Assembly (NCBI GenBank): GCA_025839675.1
Contig: CP104013.1
Location: forward strand, 1,950,001-1,982,000
Direction of reading: 5' to 3'
Origin: Candidatus Lokiarchaeum ossiferum
GTDB lineage: Archaea > Asgardarchaeota > Lokiarchaeia > Sigyniarchaeales > Promethearchaeaceae
Length of the DNA stretch: 32,000 nucleotides
A program made the translations under genes and the position numbers. The stretch's first letter is position 1, and each line of letters opens with the position of its first letter. Shown here piece by piece: positions 17,036 through 26,555 of the stretch. The notes below the pieces were generated by a model, which was not told where the DNA came from, did no database searches, and saw only the letters and a program-made list of their open reading frames with translations.

Positions 17036-18271
17036 TTATGCATTAAAATCATAATTTTGAATCCTTTCGATGGCACATTGAGTATCTTTTTGACTACCAA
17101 ATGCAGTTAAACGAAAATAACCTTCACCATTGGGTCCAAATCCAGAACCAGGAGTCCCAATAATATGCATTTGATGAAGAAAAAGATCAAATAACTCCCA
17201 CGAACTTTTATCCTGAGGAGATTTCACCCATATATAAGGAGAGTTAATCCCACCATAAAACTCCAAACCAGCTTTATTTAAACCATCTCTAATTATCTGA
17301 GCATTGTGTTGATAATATTGGATATTGCGGAGTATTTCTTCAGAACCTTTTTGAGAATAAATGGCAGCGATCGCTTTTTGGACAGGATATGACACGCCAT
17401 TGAATTTTGTGCAATGTCGTCGATTCCAAAGAGCATGGATAGAAAAATTCTTCTGATTGGAATCAAATCCCAGTAAATCCTTTGGAACAACTGTGAAAGC
17501 ACATCGGGTACCAGTAAATCCCGCAGTTTTTGAAAAACTCCGAAATTCGATAGCCACTTTTTGGGCCTCTGGGATTTCATAGATCGAATGAGGAATTTGA
17601 TCTTCGGTAATAAAACGTTCATATGCAGCATCAAATAATATAATAGCATTTTCCCGTAAGGCATAATCCACCCAACTTTTCATTTCTCCGTAATTCAATG
17701 CAGTTCCTGTCGGATTATTGGGAGAACAGAGATAAATTAGATCCACATGAAAAGCGGGTATTTCAGGCTTAAAAAGATTGGATTCATTGCAAGGGAGATA
17801 TACAATATTTGAGTATTGTCCATGATTTGTGGGATCTCCAGCATTTCCCGCCATGACATTGGTGTCAACATAGACGGGATAACTTGGATCCGATATGGCT
17901 ATTGTGTTTCTCCCGAAGATATCAAGAATATTACCAGTGTCACATTTTGATCCGTCCGATATAAAAATCTCATCAATTTGGATAGAAACTCCACGAGTGC
18001 GATATTCATGTTCCACAATTAACTCTCTGAGAAAAGCATATCCTTGTTCCGGCCCATACCCACGAAAAGTTGTCGCATCTGCCATTTCATCCACAGCATC
18101 ATGAAAAGCTTTGATGACTGTAGGAGGGAGAGGAAGAGTTGTATCCCCAATCCCTAATTTGATAATAGGAGCTTTGGGATTTGCAGCAATAAAATCCCGC
18201 GTTTTTCGGGCGATATCAGAAAATAAATAATTTTTTTGCAATTTTAAATAGTTTTCATTTACTAAGACCAT
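17036..18271 (-). CDS. dapL: LL-diaminopimelate aminotransferase
   Basis: 411 aa. The N-terminus [46 protein letters not shown] is characteristic of DapL. The PLP-lysine context is [21 protein letters not shown], and the gene sits in an operon with the other DAP genes. Confidence 0.9.
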   Translation of the reverse strand: MVLVNENYLKLQKNYLFSDIARKTRDFIAANPKAPIIKLGIGDTTLPLPPTVIKAFHDAVDEMADATTFRGYGPEQGYAFLRELIVEHEYRTRGVSIQIDEIFISDGSKCDTGNILDIFGRNTIAISDPSYPVYVDTNVMAGNAGDPTNHGQYSNIVYLPCNESNLFKPEIPAFHVDLIYLCSPNNPTGTALNYGEMKSWVDYALRENAIILFDAAYERFITEDQIPHSIYEIPEAQKVAIEFRSFSKTAGFTGTRCAFTVVPKDLLGFDSNQKNFSIHALWNRRHCTKFNGVSYPVQKAIAAIYSQKGSEEILRNIQYYQHNAQIIRDGLNKAGLEFYGGINSPYIWVKSPQDKSSWELFDLFLHQMHIIGTPGSGFGPNGEGYFRLTAFGSQKDTQCAIERIQNYDFNA

Positions 18272-18285
18272 CTCATCTCATCTCC

Positions 18286-19749
18286 TCAATTTATCGAAAT
18301 TCTCCGAAACTCTTCATTGATCGCATTAGCGACAATTTGAGTCTTTTCTGAAGGAACCACAAGGGATAAATTTATTCCGTCACTACTTTGAGCCACTGCC
18401 AATGCATGAACCCCAACTTTCTCTAGAGCTTGAAAAATGAGAATTTTATTTTTGGATAAATTGATATCTGTACCAATCACTGCAATCATACCAACAAGAG
18501 ATTTTTCGAAGGTAAACCAATGGGAAAACCAAGAATCTTCTTCAAATAGGTGAAGGGATTTATCACCATCTTTAGATTCTACAATAAACGTCGTATTCAC
18601 CTCTGATGACGACTGAGTGACCATAGACACATTGATATTATTTTGCCCCATTAAAGTAAAAATACGTCCTAAGACTCCAGGCACATCAACAAGTAGACCA
18701 GATGAAACGGTGACCATGGCCATCTCTTTAATGGCACTAACACCGGTAATTACTTGATCATTCGCCACATTTGAGATAGTAGAAAATTCCTGTTTGATAA
18801 ATGGTCGTGTAAAATTACGGATTTGAATTTCGATTTTTTGATCTTCGATCAACGATAAACATTTGGGATGTAAAACTTTTGCTCCAAAGAAGGCCATCTC
18901 CTTGGCTTCCGAATAGCTCATTTGCTTGATAAGGTGAGGATTTTCAACTTGGTTGGGGTCCGCTGAGAGAATGCCTTGAACATCTTTCCATAAAATAATG
19001 GTGAGAGGAGTTTTCAGTAATTCAAATAGAGACCGAGCCACAATTGTTGCAGTAAAATCACTCCCCCCTCTACCTAAAGTGGTGGTATATCCATTTTTAT
19101 TTCTTCCAATAAACCCAGTTATACAAATAATGGAATTTTGATCACTTTGCGAAATTAGGGGCAGAATTCGTTTTTGAAATCGTGGGATTGTACATTTTAA
19201 GTCTGGAAGCGCATTAGAATAATTATCATTGGTGATGATCAATTCTTCTCCTGAAAAGAAATGAGAAATTAACCCTTCTTTTTGAAGATAGAGGTGCAAA
19301 ATGAAGGTACTGATTCTTTCCCCGAATGAGATTACATAATCTGAGAAATAAGGTTCCATCCCAAATTCAAGGATTTTTTCAAGCGTTTTATTCAATTCAG
19401 CGATTAAGCTGTTTAAGCACTCAATTGCTTCTTGTTCATATACAGGAAAATCATTAAAAAGTTCAAAGATTATTGATACATGAGATTCTTTCAGTTCATT
19501 CAAAATTTCTTGAACTGCACTTTGATCTTTTGATTTTGCATATAACGTTAGTTGAACCAGTTTTTCAGTAACCCCATTGAAGGCTGAAGCAATATAAAAT
19601 TTCTGACTGGTGCTATAAAGCAATGAAATTTCACTGATTTTTCGAAAAGCATGACTATCGAGTAGGCAAGATCCCCCAAATTTCATTACAATGAGGGGAG
19701 ATCTACTGCCAATTTCTGACATTTCTGATACATTTTGGGTTTCTAACAT
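18286..19749 (-). CDS. lysC: aspartate kinase (with C-terminal ACT domains)
   Basis: 487 aa. VMKFGGSCL (KFGG[ST]S signature), GRGGSDFTAT, and FGAKVLHP. The C-terminal ~150 aa contain two ACT-like repeats (VTVSSGLLVDVPGVLGRIF; MIAVIGTDI). An alternative start lies at MSEIGSRS. Confidence 0.9.
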   Translation of the reverse strand: MLETQNVSEMSEIGSRSPLIVMKFGGSCLLDSHAFRKISEISLLYSTSQKFYIASAFNGVTEKLVQLTLYAKSKDQSAVQEILNELKESHVSIIFELFNDFPVYEQEAIECLNSLIAELNKTLEKILEFGMEPYFSDYVISFGERISTFILHLYLQKEGLISHFFSGEELIITNDNYSNALPDLKCTIPRFQKRILPLISQSDQNSIICITGFIGRNKNGYTTTLGRGGSDFTATIVARSLFELLKTPLTIILWKDVQGILSADPNQVENPHLIKQMSYSEAKEMAFFGAKVLHPKCLSLIEDQKIEIQIRNFTRPFIKQEFSTISNVANDQVITGVSAIKEMAMVTVSSGLLVDVPGVLGRIFTLMGQNNINVSMVTQSSSEVNTTFIVESKDGDKSLHLFEEDSWFSHWFTFEKSLVGMIAVIGTDINLSKNKILIFQALEKVGVHALAVAQSSDGINLSLVVPSEKTQIVANAINEEFRRISIN

Positions 19750-20639
19750 GTGATTTGTTCTCCTTTTTGAGTATTTTGAGACGGTAAGTCTGATGAATTA
19801 TAATAAAAAAAGCCTGTGGAAACCATCGAATAAGGACCAGTTTTCCACACGCGATCTAAAGATTCAGTTGTTTCTAAGATTAAATCCCCCCCTTTGAGAT
19901 GAATGAGGACTTTTTTGTCAAGTAAACCAAGAAGATTTCCCGCTGTGATTGCAGCAGCAGCACCGGTTCCACATGCCCATGTTTCTCCCGCACCTCTCTC
20001 CCAGACACGCAAGTTTATTTCTTCGGGTGAGATTATTTCAATGAATTCCGAATTAATTCGGTTAGGAAAATAGGCATGGGTTTCCAAGGCTGGTCCAATT
20101 AGTTCTAAATTTAGGGAATTAACATCCGTTACGACATAAACGGCATGTGGATTTCCCATTGATACCGCAGTGAATCGACCTTTAAAATGGGAAGTAGAAA
20201 TGGGATGATCCACCACAGTTTCAGAATCAATATGAACAGGAATATTAATTGATTCTAATATTGGGCAGCCCATATCAACCCGTACCATTGTATTTTCAAA
20301 CATCTCAATGCCTATGATCCCAGCAAGAGTCTCGATATTGAATTTTCTCTGTGATACAAGATTGTTTTCAAAAGCATATCCAGCAACGCATCTAACGGCA
20401 TTTCCACACATTTCCGCTTCACTTCCATCACTATTAAACATCCGCATTTTTATTTCTACTTTGATGCTGGGACAAATGAGAACTAAACCATCCCCACCAA
20501 TCCCATAATGACGGTGGCTAATTTTTTGAGCCAAGTCTGGTAGGTCAATTTTATTAACAGAAAAATCGAAAGTGTTTATATATACATAATCATTTCCAAT
20601 TCCATGCATTTTAATGAACGGTATAGGCTGGCTAGTCAT
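19743..20639 (-). CDS. dapF: diaminopimelate epimerase
   Basis: FIKMHGIGNDYVYI, the first catalytic Cys in MCGNAVRC, SMGNPHAV, and the second catalytic Cys in ACGTGA. I prefer the start MTSQPIPF (ATG at 20639, 8-nt overlap with the lysA stop) to the track start at 20660. Confidence 0.9.
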   Translation of the reverse strand: MTSQPIPFIKMHGIGNDYVYINTFDFSVNKIDLPDLAQKISHRHYGIGGDGLVLICPSIKVEIKMRMFNSDGSEAEMCGNAVRCVAGYAFENNLVSQRKFNIETLAGIIGIEMFENTMVRVDMGCPILESINIPVHIDSETVVDHPISTSHFKGRFTAVSMGNPHAVYVVTDVNSLNLELIGPALETHAYFPNRINSEFIEIISPEEINLRVWERGAGETWACGTGAAAAITAGNLLGLLDKKVLIHLKGGDLILETTESLDRVWKTGPYSMVSTGFFYYNSSDLPSQNTQKGEQITC

Positions 20640-21984
20640 GATTTTCAACACCTCCTGCAATTTTTAATCGATCAGGAATAATTTGATGGAGAAGTAGATC
20701 ATCAAAAGATTCCCGTTCGCGAATGAGAATATTCGCATGCCCTCGTGAGATTAAAACTTCAGCGGATCTAGGTCTAGAGTTATATGTGGAACTCATAGAA
20801 AAACCGTAAGCTCCTGCATCCAAAATCGCCAAATAATCACGTTCCTCTAAATGAGAAAATTTACGATCTTTTCCCAATACATCCCCCGATTCACATAGTT
20901 GCCCTACAACATCTGCGATTATTGACTCATCTGACTCTGTTTTCAATAGGGAAACTATTTCATGATAGGATCCGTAGAGAACAGGTCGAATCAGAGTATT
21001 AAATCCAGCATCAATACCGATAAAATGACGAAATCCATTATTTTTGATAGTATTGACTTGGGAAAGAAGAATTGAGGCTTCGGAAGAAATATACCTCCCA
21101 GGTTCGATTGCGAGATAAGGAGTGCCCAAATTCATAGTTTCACACTCATATTGAAGCTTGCTGATTAGTAAATCGGCATATTTTTCTATGGATAAGGGAT
21201 TCTCAGAATCCCGATAAGGAATCCCAATTCCCCCACCAAAGTCCAGAAATTCAAAAGTGATGTCTAGTTCTTCAACTACACTACGGATAATTTGGAAATA
21301 TTTATCTAATGCTTTTTTAAAAGATGTGATGTTCAAAATACCAGATCCTATATGCATATGGGCCCCAAATTGCGTAAATCCACATTCTTTCGCGATTTTA
21401 AAAGCTTCAATTACTTGAGGTTCAAAAATTCCGAATTTTATCGTTTTTCCAGCGGTAATACAATGATCATGATGGCCATCTCCAAATTCAGGATTAATTC
21501 GAAATGAGAGAATGGGAAGTTGTTGATTGCTATTTCCACAGAGTTTTTTCAAGCGATGTATATGCGAAATAGCATCAAGATTAATCATTATATTATTATC
21601 TAAGGCATATTGCATTTCCTCATCGGTCCAATTATTTCCAGTTTGCATGATCCTATCTGAAGTAAAACCAGATTTTTTTGTAAGAAAAACTTCTCCAGAA
21701 GATACAGCATCCACATATGCCCCTTCTTCTTCTAAAATCCGCAACACTGAAAGATTTGAATTTGATTTAACAGCATAATGTATCCGAACTTTTGAATAAC
21801 GATTACTAAAAATGTTATGTATTGTGCGATACCTTTTTCGAATTAAATCTTCATTCACAACATAGAGAGGAGTCCCATAAGTTTGTGCTAATTCGGTAAG
21901 GGACTGATCTCCACAGTATAATTGTTGATTACGATATTCTAAATCTTTTAATTTAAGCCAGTTGTCATTTACCATTTCTATCAT
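20632..21984 (-). CDS. lysA: diaminopimelate decarboxylase
   Basis: 450 aa. PLP-Lys context HYAVKSNSN, HIGSGI, GGGIGIPY, and CESGD. All are hallmarks of group IV decarboxylases / LysA. Confidence 0.92.
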   Translation of the reverse strand: MIEMVNDNWLKLKDLEYRNQQLYCGDQSLTELAQTYGTPLYVVNEDLIRKRYRTIHNIFSNRYSKVRIHYAVKSNSNLSVLRILEEEGAYVDAVSSGEVFLTKKSGFTSDRIMQTGNNWTDEEMQYALDNNIMINLDAISHIHRLKKLCGNSNQQLPILSFRINPEFGDGHHDHCITAGKTIKFGIFEPQVIEAFKIAKECGFTQFGAHMHIGSGILNITSFKKALDKYFQIIRSVVEELDITFEFLDFGGGIGIPYRDSENPLSIEKYADLLISKLQYECETMNLGTPYLAIEPGRYISSEASILLSQVNTIKNNGFRHFIGIDAGFNTLIRPVLYGSYHEIVSLLKTESDESIIADVVGQLCESGDVLGKDRKFSHLEERDYLAILDAGAYGFSMSSTYNSRPRSAEVLISRGHANILIRERESFDDLLLHQIIPDRLKIAGGVENHD

Positions 21985-21985
21985 C

Positions 21986-22825
21986 CTAGATTTGTTTTAG
22001 ACCAAGTACATCATCCATTGAAAAAATAACACCCTCAGATCGATGTGCGTTTAAAAAAGTGGCAGCAACTAAAGATCCTTTTGCATATCCTTCACGATTA
22101 TGGGCACGATGAGTGAGTTCTATCCGTTCACCCGGACCAGCAAAAAGAACTGTGTGTTCCCCAATGATATCTCCAGCTCGAATAGAATGAAAACCGATTT
22201 CTGCATTACTAGATTTGCGTAAAGTTTTTCCTTCTCTCCCATAAATAGCAGCGGAATTAAATTCCGCATCAATTTTTTCAGCAATTTTATTCCCTAAAGT
22301 CAAAGCAGTCCCACTTGGCGAATCCACTTTATTACGGTGATGGGTTTCAAGAATTTCAACATCCCAAGATTTTGTAAAGGACGCAATCAATTCAGCAACG
22401 TGAAAAAAAACATTAACTCCACGCAACATGTTGGAAGCAATTACGCAAGAGCACAGTTGGTGTTCACTTAATGATTTCAAACGATCGATATTTTGAGCAG
22501 ATATCCCAGTAGTACCAATCACGCATGGAATACCTCTATTTAAAGCCATGGAACAATTCTTAATCGTCGCTTCCGGAGAAGAAAAATCAATGACAATATC
22601 TACAGGATGTTCATGCAACCATGCTTCCACAACCGCAGCATCTTGTAATATTACCCCGATTTTGCCTTTTCCAATTAAGAATCCAATATCAACATTCAAA
22701 TTTACGGATGAAGAGGCCGCAAAAGATCCAACGAGTTGAAATTGTGGATCATTAATAATTTGATTTGATATTAACAACCCCATCCTCCCATCTCCTCCAA
22801 AAATAGCCACTTTTAATTGAGTCAT
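21986..22825 (-). CDS. dapB: 4-hydroxy-tetrahydrodipicolinate reductase
   Basis: Signature ETHHRNKVDSPSGTA and N-terminal dinucleotide fold KVAIFGGDGRMG. I prefer the start MTQLKVAIFGG (ATG at 22825, with GAGGA 8-9 nt upstream). The track start at 22846 would form an ATGA overlap with the dapA stop and is also plausible. Confidence 0.9.
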   Translation of the reverse strand: MTQLKVAIFGGDGRMGLLISNQIINDPQFQLVGSFAASSSVNLNVDIGFLIGKGKIGVILQDAAVVEAWLHEHPVDIVIDFSSPEATIKNCSMALNRGIPCVIGTTGISAQNIDRLKSLSEHQLCSCVIASNMLRGVNVFFHVAELIASFTKSWDVEILETHHRNKVDSPSGTALTLGNKIAEKIDAEFNSAAIYGREGKTLRKSSNAEIGFHSIRAGDIIGEHTVLFAGPGERIELTHRAHNREGYAKGSLVAATFLNAHRSEGVIFSMDDVLGLKQI

Positions 22826-22842
22826 ATTTATTTCCTCTGAGA

Positions 22843-23766
22843 TCATTTTTGGTTTATTTGCAATGACAAATTCTCTAAAGTGCTTCGCATGATCGTTTTC
22901 GAAGAAGGTTCAAGCCCCACTAAAGGTAAACGCACCCTTGAAGACATTAAATTTAAAATTTCCGCACCGTATTTTGCGGGAGCAGGATTGGTCTCAATAA
23001 AGAGATTATGGAACAAATCTTGGAGCAAATTATGTTCAATTCTCGCTTCAGACCATTGATTATTTGTCATGAGTTGAACAAATTGGACCATTCTTTCTGG
23101 AATTAAGTTCGATGCTACACTTATTACCCCTTTACCCCCAGATTTCATGATCTCGTAGGTTAAGCTATCATCTCCACTTAATACTACAAAATTATCATGA
23201 GTAAGGTTGATCACTTTTTGAATTTGAGCCAAATTACCACTGGCGGCTTTATAACCAATAATGTTTGCATAATCTTCACTGAGTGATTGAACTGTTTGGG
23301 GAAGAATATTCCCACCAGTTCTCCCGGGACAATTATAAACCACTATTGGAATATTAATCTCACTTGCAATTGCAGCATAATGAGCATACAGACCTTTTTG
23401 GGTGGGTTTGTTATAATAGGGTGTAATCAATAAAACACCATCGACACCCATTCGTTCAGCATGCCGGCTTAAGCTAATAGCTTCTTTTGTATTATTACTA
23501 CCAGCTCCTGCTAAGACGAAAGGTTTTTCATTGGATCTTTGAGCTTCTTCAACACACCAACGAATTACATTTTCATGTTCCTGATGAGACATCGTTGCTG
23601 ATTCACCAGTTGTTCCACATGGAACTAGTCCGCAGCCTGCTCGAATCTGTCTTCGGATAAAATTTCTGTAAGTAGATTTGCATAAATCCCCATCGTCATC
23701 CATAGGACTAATTAGAGCGGAAAAGGCTCCATTTAATTTAGATATGTTTAAATTCATTTTTTTCAC
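22843..23766 (-). CDS. dapA: 4-hydroxy-tetrahydrodipicolinate synthase
   Basis: 307 aa. GTTGESATMSHQEH, YNCPGRTG, and the Schiff-base lysine context IIGYKAASG. Confidence 0.92.
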   Translation of the reverse strand: MKKMNLNISKLNGAFSALISPMDDDGDLCKSTYRNFIRRQIRAGCGLVPCGTTGESATMSHQEHENVIRWCVEEAQRSNEKPFVLAGAGSNNTKEAISLSRHAERMGVDGVLLITPYYNKPTQKGLYAHYAAIASEINIPIVVYNCPGRTGGNILPQTVQSLSEDYANIIGYKAASGNLAQIQKVINLTHDNFVVLSGDDSLTYEIMKSGGKGVISVASNLIPERMVQFVQLMTNNQWSEARIEHNLLQDLFHNLFIETNPAPAKYGAEILNLMSSRVRLPLVGLEPSSKTIMRSTLENLSLQINQK

Positions 23767-23771
23767 CTATT

Positions 23772-24842
23772 TCATATATAATTTTTAGCTGTGAGATATT
23801 CAGCACTTAAAACTCCCCCTCGTCCAGCACCAAGCTCTGTGTTATGAGAGAGAACAGTAAATTTGAAACCATTTTCAAAAACAGTTTGTTCAATTCCTCC
23901 AACGAATGTAATCATTCCATTTGTTGATGAATTTTTCAAATCAATACGAGGTTGGGGACGATATGGGCTATTGTCTGTAAAAACTTTAATTGGAAATTCT
24001 GGAGCGTTGGGAAGGTTTAAACCGTCCGTTTGTCCACGATAGTTTTGCAATAAGTGGGTTATTTCTTCAACTGTTGTTTGTTGTTCAGTTTGAATGAAGA
24101 CAGATTCAAGATGACCATCTACAACAGGAACTCGATTACATTTTGCATCTAGCGGAAAAGATGGTTCTTCAAGATTTCCAGCAGATAAATTGGCAAATAT
24201 TTTTTTTACTTCTCGGATAACTTTTCCTTCCTCATTGGGAATATGTGGAACTACATTACCCAGAATGTCATAGGACGGTACCCCCGGATATCCTCCTCCA
24301 CTGATTGCTTGCATCGACACAGCATGCATCGATTTCAGTCCAAAATTTTCAAAAATAGGGTAGGAAGAAATTGCGAGACCCACTGTAGTGCAATTAGGTC
24401 CTGGGCATACAAAACCATTCCAGTTTCTTTGTTTTTTCTGTTCATCAAATATACGGAAGTGTTCCCCATTGACGAAAGGAAGGAAGATTGGAACATCAGG
24501 TTGATATCGATAAAAGGATGCAGTAGATATAACAGGGATATGCAGAGCTATTTTACCTTCAATTGATTCGGCTACATCCCCCGGCACTGCAGAAAATACA
24601 ACGTCAATATTTTCATAATCAATATCTTCAATGGGTTTAATTTTCATGTTTAAAATCTTCTCACTCGTTCGATAGGAAGAAAAACCTCGACGTTTTTCCC
24701 TATAAGTAAAACCGGCACTACTAAAGCCATGCAAGGATTCAATTGAAAACCACGGATGGTTATCTAAAGCTTCGACAAACTGTTGTCCGGCCATTCCGGT
24801 ACAAGCAACAATAGCAACTTTTTTTTGTGGAATAGTTATCAT
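23772..24842 (-). CDS. asd: aspartate-semialdehyde dehydrogenase (archaeal-type)
   Basis: 356 aa. KVAIVACTGMAGQQF (NAD(P) fold), the active-site Cys in PGPNCTTVGLA, and MQAISGGGYPG. It is the first gene of the lysine operon. Confidence 0.9.
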   Translation of the reverse strand: MITIPQKKVAIVACTGMAGQQFVEALDNHPWFSIESLHGFSSAGFTYREKRRGFSSYRTSEKILNMKIKPIEDIDYENIDVVFSAVPGDVAESIEGKIALHIPVISTASFYRYQPDVPIFLPFVNGEHFRIFDEQKKQRNWNGFVCPGPNCTTVGLAISSYPIFENFGLKSMHAVSMQAISGGGYPGVPSYDILGNVVPHIPNEEGKVIREVKKIFANLSAGNLEEPSFPLDAKCNRVPVVDGHLESVFIQTEQQTTVEEITHLLQNYRGQTDGLNLPNAPEFPIKVFTDNSPYRPQPRIDLKNSSTNGMITFVGGIEQTVFENGFKFTVLSHNTELGAGRGGVLSAEYLTAKNYI

Positions 24843-25629
24843 CTCTTTTATGAAATTTCTTCCTGAGAATCAAACCAAGTCTGCTCGCATGATTAATCTA
24901 TTGCGTATATCGCACCAAAAAGAAGTCCTGTAAAAATTTTATTAATCTCTGATTAATTTCTCATCTCTGATGCGATACCGAATTTTCTATGCTAATCGGC
25001 ACTTCTTCTTTTGCATAGTAACCTTCATAGACTTAACCATAGCAAAAGTGCCCATTTGTGACCCATTTGGGGTCCATAGATTATTTTCGATAGACATCAT
25101 CAGACTCAGCTAATAAATTCTTATTACAGGTAGTAATTTGCAATTTGATCTAAACTTAGATCATTATGTATTAATAGGGAGACCGCAGTATTTAAATCAC
25201 TTCATTCCTCTGTGGAATAAGAATATTCATACACCAAACAATAGTTTATGAAAATATCTGAATTTATAATTGAAGATAACCGCTGTTAATTTGAGATTGT
25301 CTGAAATATACTTACCACTAGAAAAATTTCATTCTTAAAATTGGATATGATCGCCCAGCAATATTCAGAGCGATAAAATGAGTTGCGAGATATTCTGTTG
25401 CGAATTGTCCAATACTTTAGAATGAAAAAGACATCTTAGTCTTCTTCAGCCCCTTCTTCATTGGCTTCTTCTTAGTAAGTAAAGAACAGAGAGAATAATA
25501 GATAACTCGCATGATACTGAACTAAAAAAAATCTGCTTTGCATATATAATTTTTGTCATATTTGAGATATCAATGGGAATAATAGGAGAAATAAAATTGA
25601 GATTAAAAAATAATTAAGGAAAAAATCAA
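24843..25629 (-). promoter_or_regulatory. 787-bp ORF-free region upstream of the lysine operon (promoter plus candidate structured leader or unannotated small RNA/sORF)
   Basis: No ORF of 60 aa or more in any frame. It contains three ATTAAT-core copies (24892..24897, 24941..24946, 24952..24957). The 10-nt tracts 24917..24926 and 25001..25010 are complementary. CCCATTTG is duplicated at 25051..25058 and 25062..25069. There is a small hairpin at 25060..25074. Function unknown. Confidence 0.35.
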
Positions 25630-26439
25630 TTACTTTGTTGCAATTAACATTCCAGATTTGCCAGTAAATGTGAATTTTCCACGACTGTCAATAATATCTA
25701 CGATTTCTTGCTTGATTTTGGGCTCAAACAAAGGATATTGGGGATAATATTCTGGAGACATCGTACTTCTAATATAAGCCATTAAAGAATCTAAATTATC
25801 TTCTGTAATAATGACTTTATTTGAATAGTTTTCAATTTTGACCGACTCAAATTTCGATTTCAGCTTAAATAATCCAGATCGCATCAGAAAATCGCTGAAA
25901 TTTTTGCTAAATCGGTCTACTTTGAGATTGAATTCTGTTAGAATTTTATATAGATCGTTTAAATGATCTTCGTAAATCGTTGTAGCATACAGTTTTCCAT
26001 TTGGTTTCAACGTCCGATAAATTTCATCAATAGCCCCATCAAGATCTGGAACATGATAAAGCATATGAAAAGCAAGGATATTATCGAAAGTCTCATCAGG
26101 AAATGGAATGGATTGTGCATTAATTTGTTGGAATGAAAATAAATCACTTTTATTTCTCAAATTTTGTTTGAGCACATCTAACATACCCCCAGAAAAATCG
26201 GATAGTATGATTGAATCTACTTGAGGTAAGTTACTTAAATTTTCAAGCCATAGTTTTCCCGTTCCAGATCCTAATTCCAATATTTTTCCTTTTAGAGGAA
26301 ATTTGATATTAGAAAAAATCCATTTTGAAATTGGAGTTTTATTGAGACCATAGTCCCAGATATTTATTCGGGTTTGAAGATTAGTATCATTACCATATTG
26401 ATCATGCGCATAATTTTCTATTTCTGTTGGGTTTTTCAT
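25630..26439 (-). CDS. class I SAM-dependent methyltransferase
   Basis: 269 aa. Motif I ILELGSGTGKL, acidic loop ILSDFS, FDNILAFHMLYHVPD, and LKPNGKLYATT. Confidence 0.8.
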   Translation of the reverse strand: MKNPTEIENYAHDQYGNDTNLQTRINIWDYGLNKTPISKWIFSNIKFPLKGKILELGSGTGKLWLENLSNLPQVDSIILSDFSGGMLDVLKQNLRNKSDLFSFQQINAQSIPFPDETFDNILAFHMLYHVPDLDGAIDEIYRTLKPNGKLYATTIYEDHLNDLYKILTEFNLKVDRFSKNFSDFLMRSGLFKLKSKFESVKIENYSNKVIITEDNLDSLMAYIRSTMSPEYYPQYPLFEPKIKQEIVDIIDSRGKFTFTGKSGMLIATK

Positions 26440-26531
26440 TTTAATTATTCCTTATATGAGTTTTTTCTATAAATATTTTACTTGATTTCTATTTCTCAGA
26501 AAATAGTTAAAAAAAATTTGAAGTAAATTTA

Positions 26532-26555
26532 ATAGTTAAAATTAATTTTAACTAT
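26532..26555. promoter_or_regulatory. perfect 24-bp palindrome (candidate ArsR/SmtB operator) ending 2 nt before the arsR-family start codon
   Basis: ATAGTTAAAATTAATTTTAACTAT equals its own reverse complement. An extra copy of the half-site ATAGTTAAAA lies at 26503..26512. The left arm overlaps a TATA-like AAATTTAATAG about 25-30 nt upstream of the ATG at 26558. Confidence 0.6.

Noticed and set aside
25147-25162. GATCTAA-AC-TTAGATC palindrome in the long non-coding region
   Set aside because: It has 7-bp arms with a 2-nt centre. That is too short a loop for an RNA hairpin, and a single short AT-rich palindrome is expected by chance. It lies about 300 nt from the nearest start codon.
24843-25200. 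Lysine riboswitch (L-box) upstream of asd
   Set aside because: I read the minus-strand leader for the conserved L-box blocks (GAGGCGC, GCCGAAG, ACUGUCA, GGAGAGC-like). None was seen. A covariance-model scan would be needed to exclude it formally.
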